The notes: a model not told the origin generated them from the letters alone. A stretch of DNA of 19,728 nt from a bacterium (GCA_040752695.1 JBFMGO010000112.1:1-19728); one strand, 5' to 3'. Positions 8,250-17,456 are shown, numbered from the stretch's first letter. Numbers and translations: made by a program.

Positions 8250-11200
8250 CTATCGGCGGCCGGAAAGAAGGAACTTGAGGGTTGAGATAAAGCAGCCTTT
8301 ACTGCCTCTTCCGCCTGAAGGTGTATCGCTGGGTGTATCGCTGCCCGAAGGGGAAACAGGAGGTGATAGTGCAGCACCGCCCGAAGGTGTAGCACTGTCT
8401 GAAGGCGTGTCACTGCCTGAAGGTATGCCTGAAGGCGTATCCTCGTCCGAAGGGGAAACAGAAGATGAAAGTGGAGTTAAATGGAAATTCATGGCTGTTT
8501 CTTCCTCCTCGATGACGCTAACAGGAAAGCTTACAGACTGATAGCCCTGCTTTTCAATGGTAAGAGTGATTTCCCCTGATGGATGAGAAATACGGTAATA
8601 TCCATTGGCGTCGCTTGTGGTTGAATAGTTGTCATTAGTTTTAAGGATCGCGCTGGCAATTGGTTTGCCGGAAGAGTTATCTATTACAATACCAGAGATA
8701 AACCCATTATCAGGATTACCAGGATCGTCCGGGGTACCATTATTACCATTATTATCAGGAGCATAAGGAGTATTAGGAATATCAGAGTTAGCAGATATAT
8801 CTGTAGGGATATCAGTGGTGTCAGGGATATCAGTGGTGTCCGGAGTACCAGGCATAACAGGAGTACCAGGCACAACAGGATTATCAGGCACAACAGGAGT
8901 ATCAGGCTGAGGCGGAGGAGGGGGAGTGTCTGGAGCCAAATCGAAGTTTACGCTTACTGCGGTAAAATCGCGGACCTCGACAGGGGAGCTTATGGGCTGA
9001 TAGCCCTGGCTGGCTGCGGAAATCGCAAAATTCCCCGATGGATGAGGAATGAGGTAAAATCCGCTTGTATCGCTCAACCCTGAGCACCTGCCATCGGTTT
9101 TAAGATGTGCTCTGGCAATGGGTATTCCAGAGGGTTTCTCCCTTACATGACCGAATATAAATCCACCGCCCCCTGTTGGAGAGTATAAGGAAAGGTTATA
9201 CCCGGTATCTTCTCCAAAAATGTTCGGATCCAATTGACGAATCATGAAATAATAGACACCATCCTGAGGGCAGCGCCAGGACCATGTTTTATTTTCACCC
9301 GAAAAGCTCCACTCCGGTCCGATTGGTGTTCCATTGGGGTCATGAAGCATGACGGCAGCGTCACACCTGCTGTTCTCATCGCAGACTTCGACGGTAATGT
9401 CAAATATATGCCCGCTTAATCCATAAAACATAACCCAATCCTGATCACCCGCATCATGGAAGTTATGGTGCTGGCCCCATCCGTTTTCAGCCCAGCCACC
9501 GGCAAAGACGATAGTCCTGGCCTGGCTCATAGAGTCATCGTCCTCGTAGATATCAGGGCCCAGCATCTTACGGACGACAGTCCGCTGAGGCAGGGACAGG
9601 TTGCCCTCCCGGTCAATTGCATACGCTGTCACATGGTAGTCCCCGCTGGTAACAAAATGCTCATAGGTTGCCTGGTAGCTGCTGCCGTCCGTGGAGGTCA
9701 ATGCTATCTCTACGGGCATCGAATGAGCATCCGGACACAGAGGGAGGTTCGGATCGAGTGCCGGTGGGGTGATTACTGCCCAGACTTTATCGATCGTGCC
9801 CGTTGTCGTTATGTTCTCGACCCGGATAGTGGCAGATGATGATCCTTTCAGGGTCTGCTCAGGCGAGATACTTCCGATGATCGGGGCATCCCCGGCCAGA
9901 AGAATACCGGTTCCAAGCCGGCAGCGCCTTGCCAGACGGCCGTCTTTGCCTGGCTCGCTGCCCAGGCCGTTGCCATTATCATCCAGCACCGGCACCTGAC
10001 CCCATGCAAAACCGATAGCAGCGCTGGCCGTATCAAATGCTTCCTTGACAGGTGCACCGTTTATGATCTTCTGCCAGAAGAAGGAGGAAAAAGAGATAGT
10101 CCCGCTACAGGGGAAGAAGGCGGGCTTATTCGGGCCTGTGCTGGCGATCAGGATTCTTTCCTTCTCTTTCGGTGGCGCTGATGGCGGGATAAAGCTCCCG
10201 GCATAGGAGGCATCGTAAATAACGGTCACCGTGCCTGGCAAAGAGCCCTGCAGGGTATCCAGCCAGGTGTCCAGTACAGAAGCGGAGAGCATTTGTGTCT
10301 TATTGATCCTGAAGGCTCCCGGCTCTCCCTCGCCTGTCAGGAAGATGATAAGATCCCGGGTACTGTTTTGTCCTGCCCATTCTCCAATGGCAGATTCCAG
10401 GTTATTCAGGGTCGGTAATGCATCCTGCCCGGTGAGATTGGCAGGGCCCAGAAAACAGATATCATCATCCATATATCCCTGGAAGATCAATGCCCGGTAA
10501 GCCAGGCTGGCACTCTTTCTTATGGCTGGTTCTAAAGAGGCCGTCGGGTCTTGTTCTGTAGCCACGATTATTGCCCTGTGCAAAAAGGGCCTTCCAACCG
10601 TCACGCTCGTGATCTTCGGCTTGGAGGTATTCCCAAGGCCATCCCTGGCATAGATGGCGATCTGATAGACCCCTTCTGCGTTGAAATCGTTATAGGTCCC
10701 TTCATAGCGGTTTGCCCCATTTTGCATATATTCCCCATTGCCCTCATTTTTCACCGCAGGCAAAAGATCGAGGGAAGGCAGATCCTGGACAGCATTGCCC
10801 GGTGATTCATGACTGTAATTGGGTGGCCTGACGATCGCCCATACATGGGCAATACCATGCTCGTCCGCTACCCCTTTTGCATAAAGAAGCGCAGAGGATG
10901 TGCCATGAATGGTTTGGTCCGGGGATACATTCTCTATTACAGGAGCATTACGCCCGGCAGATGGACCCAGGGAGGGATTCTGAGCGAAGATATCGTCTCG
11001 TATTGTATTGTCCTCCCCAGTGCCGTCAACATCCAGCAGGGGGTCCTGGAGCCCGGTGATGGACCTGCCGATGGCATCTTTCGTTGCGTCAAAAGCCTCC
11101 TTCAGACTGTTTCCATTGAAAATGAAGGTCCAGAAAAAGTTTGAAAAAGAAATCGAGCCCTGGTTTATAAAATAGGCAGGTTGCACAGGAGAAGTACTGG

Positions 11201-13481
11201 TTACGATAACCCGGTTCCTTCCTTGCAGAAAAGGGAGGAAGCTTCCTGACTGGCAGGCATCGTACATGACCGTCACGTGTCCTGCGGTCTTTTTCTGATA
11301 GACGTTTAACCAGGCGTTCAAATCTTGAGCGGGTAAGGTTTCGGCAGCACTCAGACGCAAGGTCCCGGTGCCCCCATGATCGACCATATAGACGGCTAAC
11401 TTCTTTGCATCCTGAGCCCATTCAGTAATGGCCTGGCGAAGGTTACCGGTTGAGACTGCCCCATCCACATCATCCATAACACCGTTATCGTCCAGGTCAA
11501 GACCGGTTTCCGGGCTCAGGTAAAAGATAGTCTCCTTGGTAAAACCGCGATAGGTCAGGGCCCGATAGGCGAAGTTGGCACAAAGCTGAGTAGCCGGCCA
11601 CAGATAATTGCCGGGATATGGGCCGCCACCGGCTATAACGATAGCCTTCGATATGTTTTCCTCCGGTTTTTCTTCACGAAAGACCTGAATCCGGTGGTTT
11701 TCAACATCCGAAACATATACTCTGCCATCCGTGCTTATTCCTATGCCTCTTGGATGAATGAACTGACCGGGACCATGGCCCCATTCTCCCCACTGGGTCA
11801 CAAATTGGCCATCGGAAGTGAATTTCTGGATGCGCTCATTGTCTGAATCAGCCACATAGATAAATCCGTTGGAGTCGATGGCTATGCCCTCAGGAGTGTC
11901 CAGCTTGCCAGGGTCAGAGCCACGGCTTCCCCATTGGGTCACAAATTGGCCATCGGAGGTAAATTTCTGAATACGATGATTTTCTGAATCAGCTATATAA
12001 ACAAACCCATCGCAATCAACAGCTATGCCAATAGGGAAGAAAAACTGGCCGGCGGCAGAGCCATGGCTTCCCCATTGGGTCACAAATTGGCCATCGGAGG
12101 TAAATTTCTGGATATGATTTTCAACGGTATGCGTCACATAGATAGACCCGTCAGAAGCAACGGCTATGCCATCGGGAGAGAAAAACCGGTCAGGAGAGCC
12201 ATTGCCTTCCAATTTGGTTACCAATTGGCCATTCGCTTTGTATTTTTTGATACATAAAGAGCCTGAATCGACCTCATAGATAAATCCACTGCGATCGGCG
12301 GCTATACCAATGAAAGCCAGATTATTGACAGAGCCGGCGCCTGTCCACTGGGTCTCGAATAAGCCTTCAGGGCTAAATTTTTTGATTCGGTGGTTACATG
12401 AATCAGCGACATAGACAAATCCATGGGGATCGACAGTTACGCCAGAAGGGGAGTTAAACTGATCAGGTCCGGAGCCTGAACCTATCCATTCGGCTACCAA
12501 TTGACCATCAGAGGTAAACTTTTTGACACTATCCTTGTAGGTATCAGCCACATAGAAAAATCCGTTCTTATCGATAGCTATGCCATCAGAACCGCCAGGA
12601 TTTCCCCATCGGGCTACGAATTGACCATCAGAGGTAAACTTTTGGATACGATTGTTGTTTGAATCAACGACATACACAAATCCATTGGGATCGGTTACGA
12701 TACCACAAGGGTGGGAGAACTGCCCAAGAGCATGGCCCCATTCTCCCCATTTGGCTGCCAATTGACCATCAGAGGTATATTTTTGGATATAGTGACCGGA
12801 CTTATCAGACATATAGATAAAACCATTGGAATCGATGGCTATGTCACCAATAGAATGAAACTTGTCAGGGTCAGAGGCAAGGATTTCCCATTGAGCCACA
12901 AATTGACCATCAAGGGTATATTTTTGGATGCTTCCGTTTGACGCATCGTCAGCCACATAGATAAATCCGTTGGGATCGATGGCTATACCAGCGGGCAAGT
13001 AGGGTCGTCCCTGACGGCGTCCCCATCTGGTCACCAGCCGGCCGTCAGAGGTAAGCTTATAGATATCACCGGCTACCACATAGACAAACCCGTTGGGATC
13101 GACGGCTATGTCATCAAGCCAGCCGAAGGATATATCGGGGCGCCCCCATCTGGTCACGAATTGACCATCAGAAGTGAACTTTTGGATACAGCTATTGCCA
13201 GAATCAGCAATATAAATATTCCCTTTTCGATCTGCAGCAATTCCGCTGGGATATTTAAAGTACCACGGCTGGGGCAGGGATGGCCACATGTATTCAAGTT
13301 TGTACATTTCGTCAGATGCTGCACAGGAAATGAGAAATTCACAGCTTATGGCATAGATACAAACGGTTAGTGACAGCATGATCAAGGCCGATGTTCGAAA
13401 AGCCTGGCAGCGGCTTTTCCCTCGAAATTTTATCATGGGTCTGGTGGATGCTCCCTCTCTGTTATATATAATCATATCCAA
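8250..13481 (-). CDS. Large exported protein: 12 NHL repeats, two C13/caspase-fold peptidase domains, PPC-like domain, two carboxypeptidase-regulatory-like domains, CFI-box C-terminus
   Basis: Hydrophobic N-terminal signal (true start may be ATG 13475 or 13436); 12 countable NHL repeats (PxGIAxDxxGxIYVADxxNxRIQKF); KAIVIAGGG...VYMVDHGG...MYDACQSGSF; a second copy FLTGEGE...IYDASYAGSF; PDIYEDDDS...GDQDW; GHVREKPSGIPIARA and GIVIDNSSGKPIASA; Pro/Ser/Thr linker then GGRGSKGCFISTL. Confidence 0.88.
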   Translation of the reverse strand: MDMIIYNREGASTRPMIKFRGKSRCQAFRTSALIMLSLTVCIYAISCEFLISCAASDEMYKLEYMWPSLPQPWYFKYPSGIAADRKGNIYIADSGNSCIQKFTSDGQFVTRWGRPDISFGWLDDIAVDPNGFVYVVAGDIYKLTSDGRLVTRWGRRQGRPYLPAGIAIDPNGFIYVADDASNGSIQKYTLDGQFVAQWEILASDPDKFHSIGDIAIDSNGFIYMSDKSGHYIQKYTSDGQLAAKWGEWGHALGQFSHPCGIVTDPNGFVYVVDSNNNRIQKFTSDGQFVARWGNPGGSDGIAIDKNGFFYVADTYKDSVKKFTSDGQLVAEWIGSGSGPDQFNSPSGVTVDPHGFVYVADSCNHRIKKFSPEGLFETQWTGAGSVNNLAFIGIAADRSGFIYEVDSGSLCIKKYKANGQLVTKLEGNGSPDRFFSPDGIAVASDGSIYVTHTVENHIQKFTSDGQFVTQWGSHGSAAGQFFFPIGIAVDCDGFVYIADSENHRIQKFTSDGQFVTQWGSRGSDPGKLDTPEGIAIDSNGFIYVADSDNERIQKFTSDGQFVTQWGEWGHGPGQFIHPRGIGISTDGRVYVSDVENHRIQVFREEKPEENISKAIVIAGGGPYPGNYLWPATQLCANFAYRALTYRGFTKETIFYLSPETGLDLDDNGVMDDVDGAVSTGNLRQAITEWAQDAKKLAVYMVDHGGTGTLRLSAAETLPAQDLNAWLNVYQKKTAGHVTVMYDACQSGSFLPFLQGRNRVIVTSTSPVQPAYFINQGSISFSNFFWTFIFNGNSLKEAFDATKDAIGRSITGLQDPLLDVDGTGEDNTIRDDIFAQNPSLGPSAGRNAPVIENVSPDQTIHGTSSALLYAKGVADEHGIAHVWAIVRPPNYSHESPGNAVQDLPSLDLLPAVKNEGNGEYMQNGANRYEGTYNDFNAEGVYQIAIYARDGLGNTSKPKITSVTVGRPFLHRAIIVATEQDPTASLEPAIRKSASLAYRALIFQGYMDDDICFLGPANLTGQDALPTLNNLESAIGEWAGQNSTRDLIIFLTGEGEPGAFRINKTQMLSASVLDTWLDTLQGSLPGTVTVIYDASYAGSFIPPSAPPKEKERILIASTGPNKPAFFPCSGTISFSSFFWQKIINGAPVKEAFDTASAAIGFAWGQVPVLDDNGNGLGSEPGKDGRLARRCRLGTGILLAGDAPIIGSISPEQTLKGSSSATIRVENITTTGTIDKVWAVITPPALDPNLPLCPDAHSMPVEIALTSTDGSSYQATYEHFVTSGDYHVTAYAIDREGNLSLPQRTVVRKMLGPDIYEDDDSMSQARTIVFAGGWAENGWGQHHNFHDAGDQDWVMFYGLSGHIFDITVEVCDENSRCDAAVMLHDPNGTPIGPEWSFSGENKTWSWRCPQDGVYYFMIRQLDPNIFGEDTGYNLSLYSPTGGGGFIFGHVREKPSGIPIARAHLKTDGRCSGLSDTSGFYLIPHPSGNFAISAASQGYQPISSPVEVRDFTAVSVNFDLAPDTPPPPPQPDTPVVPDNPVVPGTPVMPGTPDTTDIPDTTDIPTDISANSDIPNTPYAPDNNGNNGTPDDPGNPDNGFISGIVIDNSSGKPIASAILKTNDNYSTTSDANGYYRISHPSGEITLTIEKQGYQSVSFPVSVIEEEETAMNFHLTPLSSSVSPSDEDTPSGIPSGSDTPSDSATPSGGAALSPPVSPSGSDTPSDTPSGGRGSKGCFISTLKFLLSGRR

Positions 13482-13675
13482 ATAATCCGGGGAAAATAAG
13501 ATTCAGCAAGAAACAAAAATGAAAGATGAATCCCTTTTCTTTATTATACAGGATAGGATAAAGAATTTTCCATTCCCATAAGTATATAAATTCCTTCTGA
13601 GAAGCTATAATAAACTCCCGGTCGTTTTTACCCTCTCTCCGTGGTTTTTCAGGTTGAAAAAACTTAAAAATTTTT

Positions 13676-13702
13676 TGAAAGATTTCTCTTCTCACAATGT
13701 CA
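13676..13702 (+). promoter_or_regulatory. Putative ECF promoter TGAAAGA-N15-TGTC (copy B)
   Basis: TGAAAGA 13676-13682, 15-nt spacer, TGTC 13698-13701, preceded by AAAAATTTTT. Confidence 0.6.
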
Positions 13703-13917
13703 TAAAGGTCAACTGTCGTTTTCCGAAGGACTTGAATTTTTAATTCCTTTGGAGAGAAAGGAGGTGTCAAGGATAAGAAACAAAAGTCTATAAATTTCAT
13801 ATCCTATCATCACTGTCAACCAAGAGAGAAAAAGAGGAGAACACATGCTGTAAAAATCCATAATGGCAGAATTGTACTGCTGAACAATGCTTATATTAAA
13901 GGTAAGTAACTTACTAC

Positions 13918-13954
13918 CTGCAGCCGCACAGGCTCTTAGCCTGTGCGGCTGCAG
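13918..13954. repeat. Perfect 17-bp inverted repeat with 3-nt loop
   Basis: CTGCAGCCGCACAGGCT-ctt-AGCCTGTGCGGCTGCAG; degenerate counterpart at ~16098-16137. Confidence 0.9.
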
Positions 13955-14179
13955 ATAATGGGAATGTAATTTCTGGACAGGCAGGCTGTACAGATATGAA
14001 GTAAGTACTGAATCTAATCCGAATGGCACTTACATAAGTAAAATTTGTATGAGAGCATAAAAAGAAAAAGCCTTCCTTATCCAAAAGGGAATAGATAGAG
14101 GCAAATCTAATAATCCCTTGTTCGAGAGAGGAGGCTCAAGATGTATAAGGATTAATTTTTATTTTGAGTTACGGAAAGG

Positions 14180-15598
14180 GTGAAGGTGGCAATGAATTTA
14201 TCTACTCATAACAATTATAAATTTATCACCGTCCTAATTGCTCTTTTTTTGGTTTTTGCTTTTTCCGCCCCGAGTGTCGCACAATATTCCCTGTATCCAT
14301 ACAATAGCTTCTATGGAAGCATGCATGATGAGTCTGCCAGCTTTGCAGATTTTTATGATAATTACAACAATAGCTTCCACAATATATATAATGGATTACC
14401 CAGCATATATAACGAATTATCCAGCATGTACGGCTGGTTTAATGGTCCACAATATGGTGGATTATTCGATACCTGCAGCAGCAGTCGGCTTTGGGGAATC
14501 GGGGTCGGCAGCGCTTATAGCGGTGCCAATACGAGCTTTGGCAATCCTTACAGCAATTATAACGGTTGGTTGTATAATGCTCAATATAATGGTAATAGAC
14601 TCTATAGCTATTATAATCCCGGTGTACCTCTACAAGGCAATTCTTCAGAGGAAAGTGAAACCAATACCTGCGAATGCCTCTCATGCCACAATCCACATGC
14701 AACTCCTCCGGCTCCCAGATACGATATTCAGGGCACACCGAAGGATACTCAACTGGTGGGAAAGGTGAGTATCGACATCGAGGGCATCCTCTCGACGGAT
14801 GTAGACTTCTCCCAAAAAATAACGGTGCCTGCACACCGTCCCGATTTATTTGCACGGGGGCATTTCTCCGTGTTCGACCTGCTGGTATACCTTGACATGA
14901 ACAGCGATAAATTCAGCATGAGCTATCACTTCGATCCAAACATGGACACCTACCTGATCGATTCAATCAATGGATCGGGAAACTGGTTCTATCGCATGAA
15001 CTATGACATTGCCGGAAGCAGTGAACCCAATTATAAGGAACAGAATCATCGCATGGATTACTGCCTGGTCAAGGATAAAATGTTCATTCAAGTCAGGCAG
15101 TATAGCGAGGAGGAATTGCACATGCGGCATATCATATGGAAAACCGAGGTAAGCCGGAGAAAGGCGAACGGAGGAAAGGTGATCATTCCCGATGTGGTGA
15201 TCTGGCCCAAGAATGAAGCCCCTTTAAGGTTCAGGAACATATTGGTGACCAGCCATGACCTGAGAAAAGACGTGTTCGCCAAAGGAGTATTGACTGCGGC
15301 GGACATCATCCTTTCTCTAGCCGACCAGGAAGAATTCTCCTGTTCCGCCACCTGGTACGGGTATGTCGGATCGAGCGAGGTCAAGGGATACTACTTCGAA
15401 CGATTTAACGAGTGGGAAGCCAGCGGTATGTGCGGTTTTGCCTACACTTTTGGAGAGAGGATTTTTGAGCAAAGCTGCTGGCCCCCGTCACAATGTAACC
15501 CTCCAATACCGAGTCTGCATATCACTGCGGACATCCGGCTCATTCAGAATCCGGAATATATCCAATTTCGCTGGCTCGAGTCAGGACCCTGTGAATGA
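14180..15598 (+). CDS. Exported hypothetical protein with Tyr/Asn/Gly-rich N-terminus, one CxxCH motif and an internally duplicated C-terminal domain
   Basis: Signal peptide KFITVLIALFLVFAFSAPSVA-QY (start GTG 14180 or ATG 14192); CLSCHNPH at 14675; RPDLFARGHFSVFDLL and RKDVFAKGVLTAADII are 142 aa apart. Confidence 0.8.
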   Translation: MKVAMNLSTHNNYKFITVLIALFLVFAFSAPSVAQYSLYPYNSFYGSMHDESASFADFYDNYNNSFHNIYNGLPSIYNELSSMYGWFNGPQYGGLFDTCSSSRLWGIGVGSAYSGANTSFGNPYSNYNGWLYNAQYNGNRLYSYYNPGVPLQGNSSEESETNTCECLSCHNPHATPPAPRYDIQGTPKDTQLVGKVSIDIEGILSTDVDFSQKITVPAHRPDLFARGHFSVFDLLVYLDMNSDKFSMSYHFDPNMDTYLIDSINGSGNWFYRMNYDIAGSSEPNYKEQNHRMDYCLVKDKMFIQVRQYSEEELHMRHIIWKTEVSRRKANGGKVIIPDVVIWPKNEAPLRFRNILVTSHDLRKDVFAKGVLTAADIILSLADQEEFSCSATWYGYVGSSEVKGYYFERFNEWEASGMCGFAYTFGERIFEQSCWPPSQCNPPIPSLHITADIRLIQNPEYIQFRWLESGPCE

Positions 15599-15703
15599 AG
15601 AGGGGAGCGGTTAATAGTGAGACCTGCGTTTTCATGCCGCCGCAGCGCGCTCAATCTATGGCTTGTTATAGTAAGATCTGCTAACCAGATCGCGTGCGTT
15701 ATT

Positions 15704-15740
15704 GGGGGGGGCGAAAAGGCCCCACCCTGCATTTATTTTG
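15704..15740 (+). terminator. Possible intrinsic terminator
   Basis: GGGGGGGGC-gaaaag-GCCCCACCC stem with one mismatch, followed by tgcatttatttt. Confidence 0.4.
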
Positions 15741-16175
15741 AGTATAAGAAAGTTTTTTCTGATAATTTGTAATGAACTCCCGGTCGTTCTTCCCCTCTTC
15801 CTATGGTTTTCAGGCTGAAAAAAAATTTAAAAATTTTTTGAAAGATTTCTCTCCTTTAGATGTCATAAAGGTTAACTGTCATTCCTGAAGGACTTGGATT
15901 TTATATTTCTTTAAGGAGAGAAAGGAGGATGTTAAGGATAAAAAAGCAGAAGTCTTTGAATTTAATATCTTATTACCATTATCGACTAAGAAAGAAAACG
16001 AGGAGAACATATGTTGTAAGACACTCATAAGGGCAGAATTGTGCTGCTGAACAATGGTTTATATTAGTATAGATTTCCTCTAAGGCAAGTAACCTTACTA
16101 CCAGTTGCCGCAGGCTCTTAGTCTATGGCTGCAGGTAATAGGAATGTAGCGATAACTTCGAAACAGCAGGCTGTA
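15741..16175 (+). repeat. Copy 2 of the duplicated promoter/leader module
   Basis: Colinear with 13581-13990; carries a short extra segment (agtatagatttcctct) near 16066-16081. Confidence 0.9.
15839..15865 (+). promoter_or_regulatory. Putative ECF promoter TGAAAGA-N15-TGTC (copy C)
   Basis: TGAAAGA 15839-15845, 15-nt spacer, TGTC 15861-15864. Confidence 0.6.
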
Positions 16176-16199
16176 ATATATCAAAAAAAGGAAAAAGAA

Positions 16200-17456
16200 A
16201 TGAAAAAGCTCCTTTGCGTACTGGTTTTTTCTTTCGTTTTCATTTTTGGAATAAACAGAGCCATAGCAGCTATTCATTATGTAGATGAATACTATCAAGT
16301 TGAAGCTGGTGCCGGATGGAATTCGACCTTTGATTATCAGTATTCACTCCCTTTTTCGATCAATGCATATGATGGTGCGAGTTTCACAGGATACTATTTG
16401 GATCCGCTTGGTAGACTTGTCCCCTTTGATTGGGGATGGGGAGCATTAGGGACGGTATTTGCTGATGACAGCTCATTCTTGGTATCCGCAACTGCAGGAT
16501 CTCATGGCTTTGAAGGCATAGATCCTGGGTCGCTTACTGTGGAAACATGGTATGATCTATGGTCAATTGTACCTGAAGGATATGGTTCTCTATGGGCAGA
16601 GAAAACATTTACTGCTGCATCTCCTGCCATAACTTTCTCCTTCGATTATGAAGTCAATACGGAATCTTATCCTTTTATGTATGTAGGTCTTTATAGTTAT
16701 GAAGATGAAATTACCCTTTTTGATCTCCAGGTGAACCAAAATTGTACCGGATCAGTCAATGAACATTTCGAAGTGAAAGAGGGAGTTCAATATACTCTCG
16801 GTGTTTACCTGTTTAGCTACACATCAATTGAAATGTACAATCCTTTCCTGGAAGTAGCTTCACAAAATGAGAGCCGCATATACAACCTGCGGATAGAAGA
16901 AGTTTCCGATCAGGATGGAGACGGCTATGCCGCAGACAGCGGTGACTGTGATGATAATGATGCCAGCATCTATCTAGGCGCTCCTGAAATCTGCGATGGG
17001 AAAGACAATGACTGCGATGGGATAGTCCCGGCAGATGAAACTGACGGCGATGGAGATGGAGTCATGATATGCAGCCAAGACAACTGCCCCGATACGAGTA
17101 ATCCCGATCAAAAAGACAGTGACGGGGATGGCATCGGCGATGCCTGTGATGTCTGTCCCAATGATGCAGCCAATGATGCAGACGGGGATGGGGTATGCGG
17201 TGATGTAGATTCGTGTCCTGCATCCGACCTCGGCCAGACTGTCAGTATAAATGGTTGTGATAGTGGAGTGAGTAACCAGCTCCTTGAAGGTGGATGCTCC
17301 ATGAATGATCTGATTTCAGAATGTGCGCAAGGCGCTCAAAATCATGGCCAGTTTGTAAGTTGTGTATCACAGTTGACCAATGATTGGAAAGAGCGCAGCC
17401 TTATCAGCGGGCAGGATAAAGGTGCTATCCAAAAATGCGCTGCACATGACAAGTAA
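16200..17456 (+). CDS. Exported protein with a MopE-related metal-binding motif and thrombospondin type-3-like Ca-binding repeats
   Basis: ATG 16200 preferred (AAGGA upstream; MKKLLCVLVFSFVFIFGINRAIA signal peptide); DQDGDGYAADSGDCDDNDASIYLGAPEICDGKDNDCDG; DNCPDTSNPDQKDSDGDGIGDACDVCP; C-terminal NHGQFVSCV...KGAIQKCAA. Confidence 0.85.
   Translation: MKKLLCVLVFSFVFIFGINRAIAAIHYVDEYYQVEAGAGWNSTFDYQYSLPFSINAYDGASFTGYYLDPLGRLVPFDWGWGALGTVFADDSSFLVSATAGSHGFEGIDPGSLTVETWYDLWSIVPEGYGSLWAEKTFTAASPAITFSFDYEVNTESYPFMYVGLYSYEDEITLFDLQVNQNCTGSVNEHFEVKEGVQYTLGVYLFSYTSIEMYNPFLEVASQNESRIYNLRIEEVSDQDGDGYAADSGDCDDNDASIYLGAPEICDGKDNDCDGIVPADETDGDGDGVMICSQDNCPDTSNPDQKDSDGDGIGDACDVCPNDAANDADGDGVCGDVDSCPASDLGQTVSINGCDSGVSNQLLEGGCSMNDLISECAQGAQNHGQFVSCVSQLTNDWKERSLISGQDKGAIQKCAAHDK

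Larger units (their letters stand above)
13581..13990 (+). repeat. Copy 1 of a ~410-435 bp duplicated promoter/leader module
   Basis: Colinear with 15741-16175 through shared blocks aactcccggtcgtt, aaaaattttttgaaagatttctct, tgtcataaagg, gaaggacttg, ggagagaaaggagg, gaggagaaca, ggcagaattgt, ctgctgaacaatg, caggctcttag, ggaatgta, gcaggctgta. Confidence 0.9.

Noticed and set aside
11680..13260. Near-identical DNA segments as DGR template/variable repeats
   Set aside because: They are NHL coding repeats with no evident adenine-specific pattern, and no reverse transcriptase is present.
13540..13570. Extra TGAAAGA half-sites (13540 +, 19074-19080 -)
   Set aside because: No TGTC at the 15-nt spacing, so the NHL/C13 and barrel genes cannot be assigned to the regulon on this evidence.
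13462..14029. Minus-strand ORFs 13462-13800 and 13709-14029
   Set aside because: They lie in the duplicated AT-rich module, are not matched by comparable ORFs in copy 2, and have no recognisable motifs.
16125..16199. ORF-track start at 16125
   Set aside because: It falls inside the non-coding module's hairpin; ATG 16200 has an RBS and begins a clean signal peptide.
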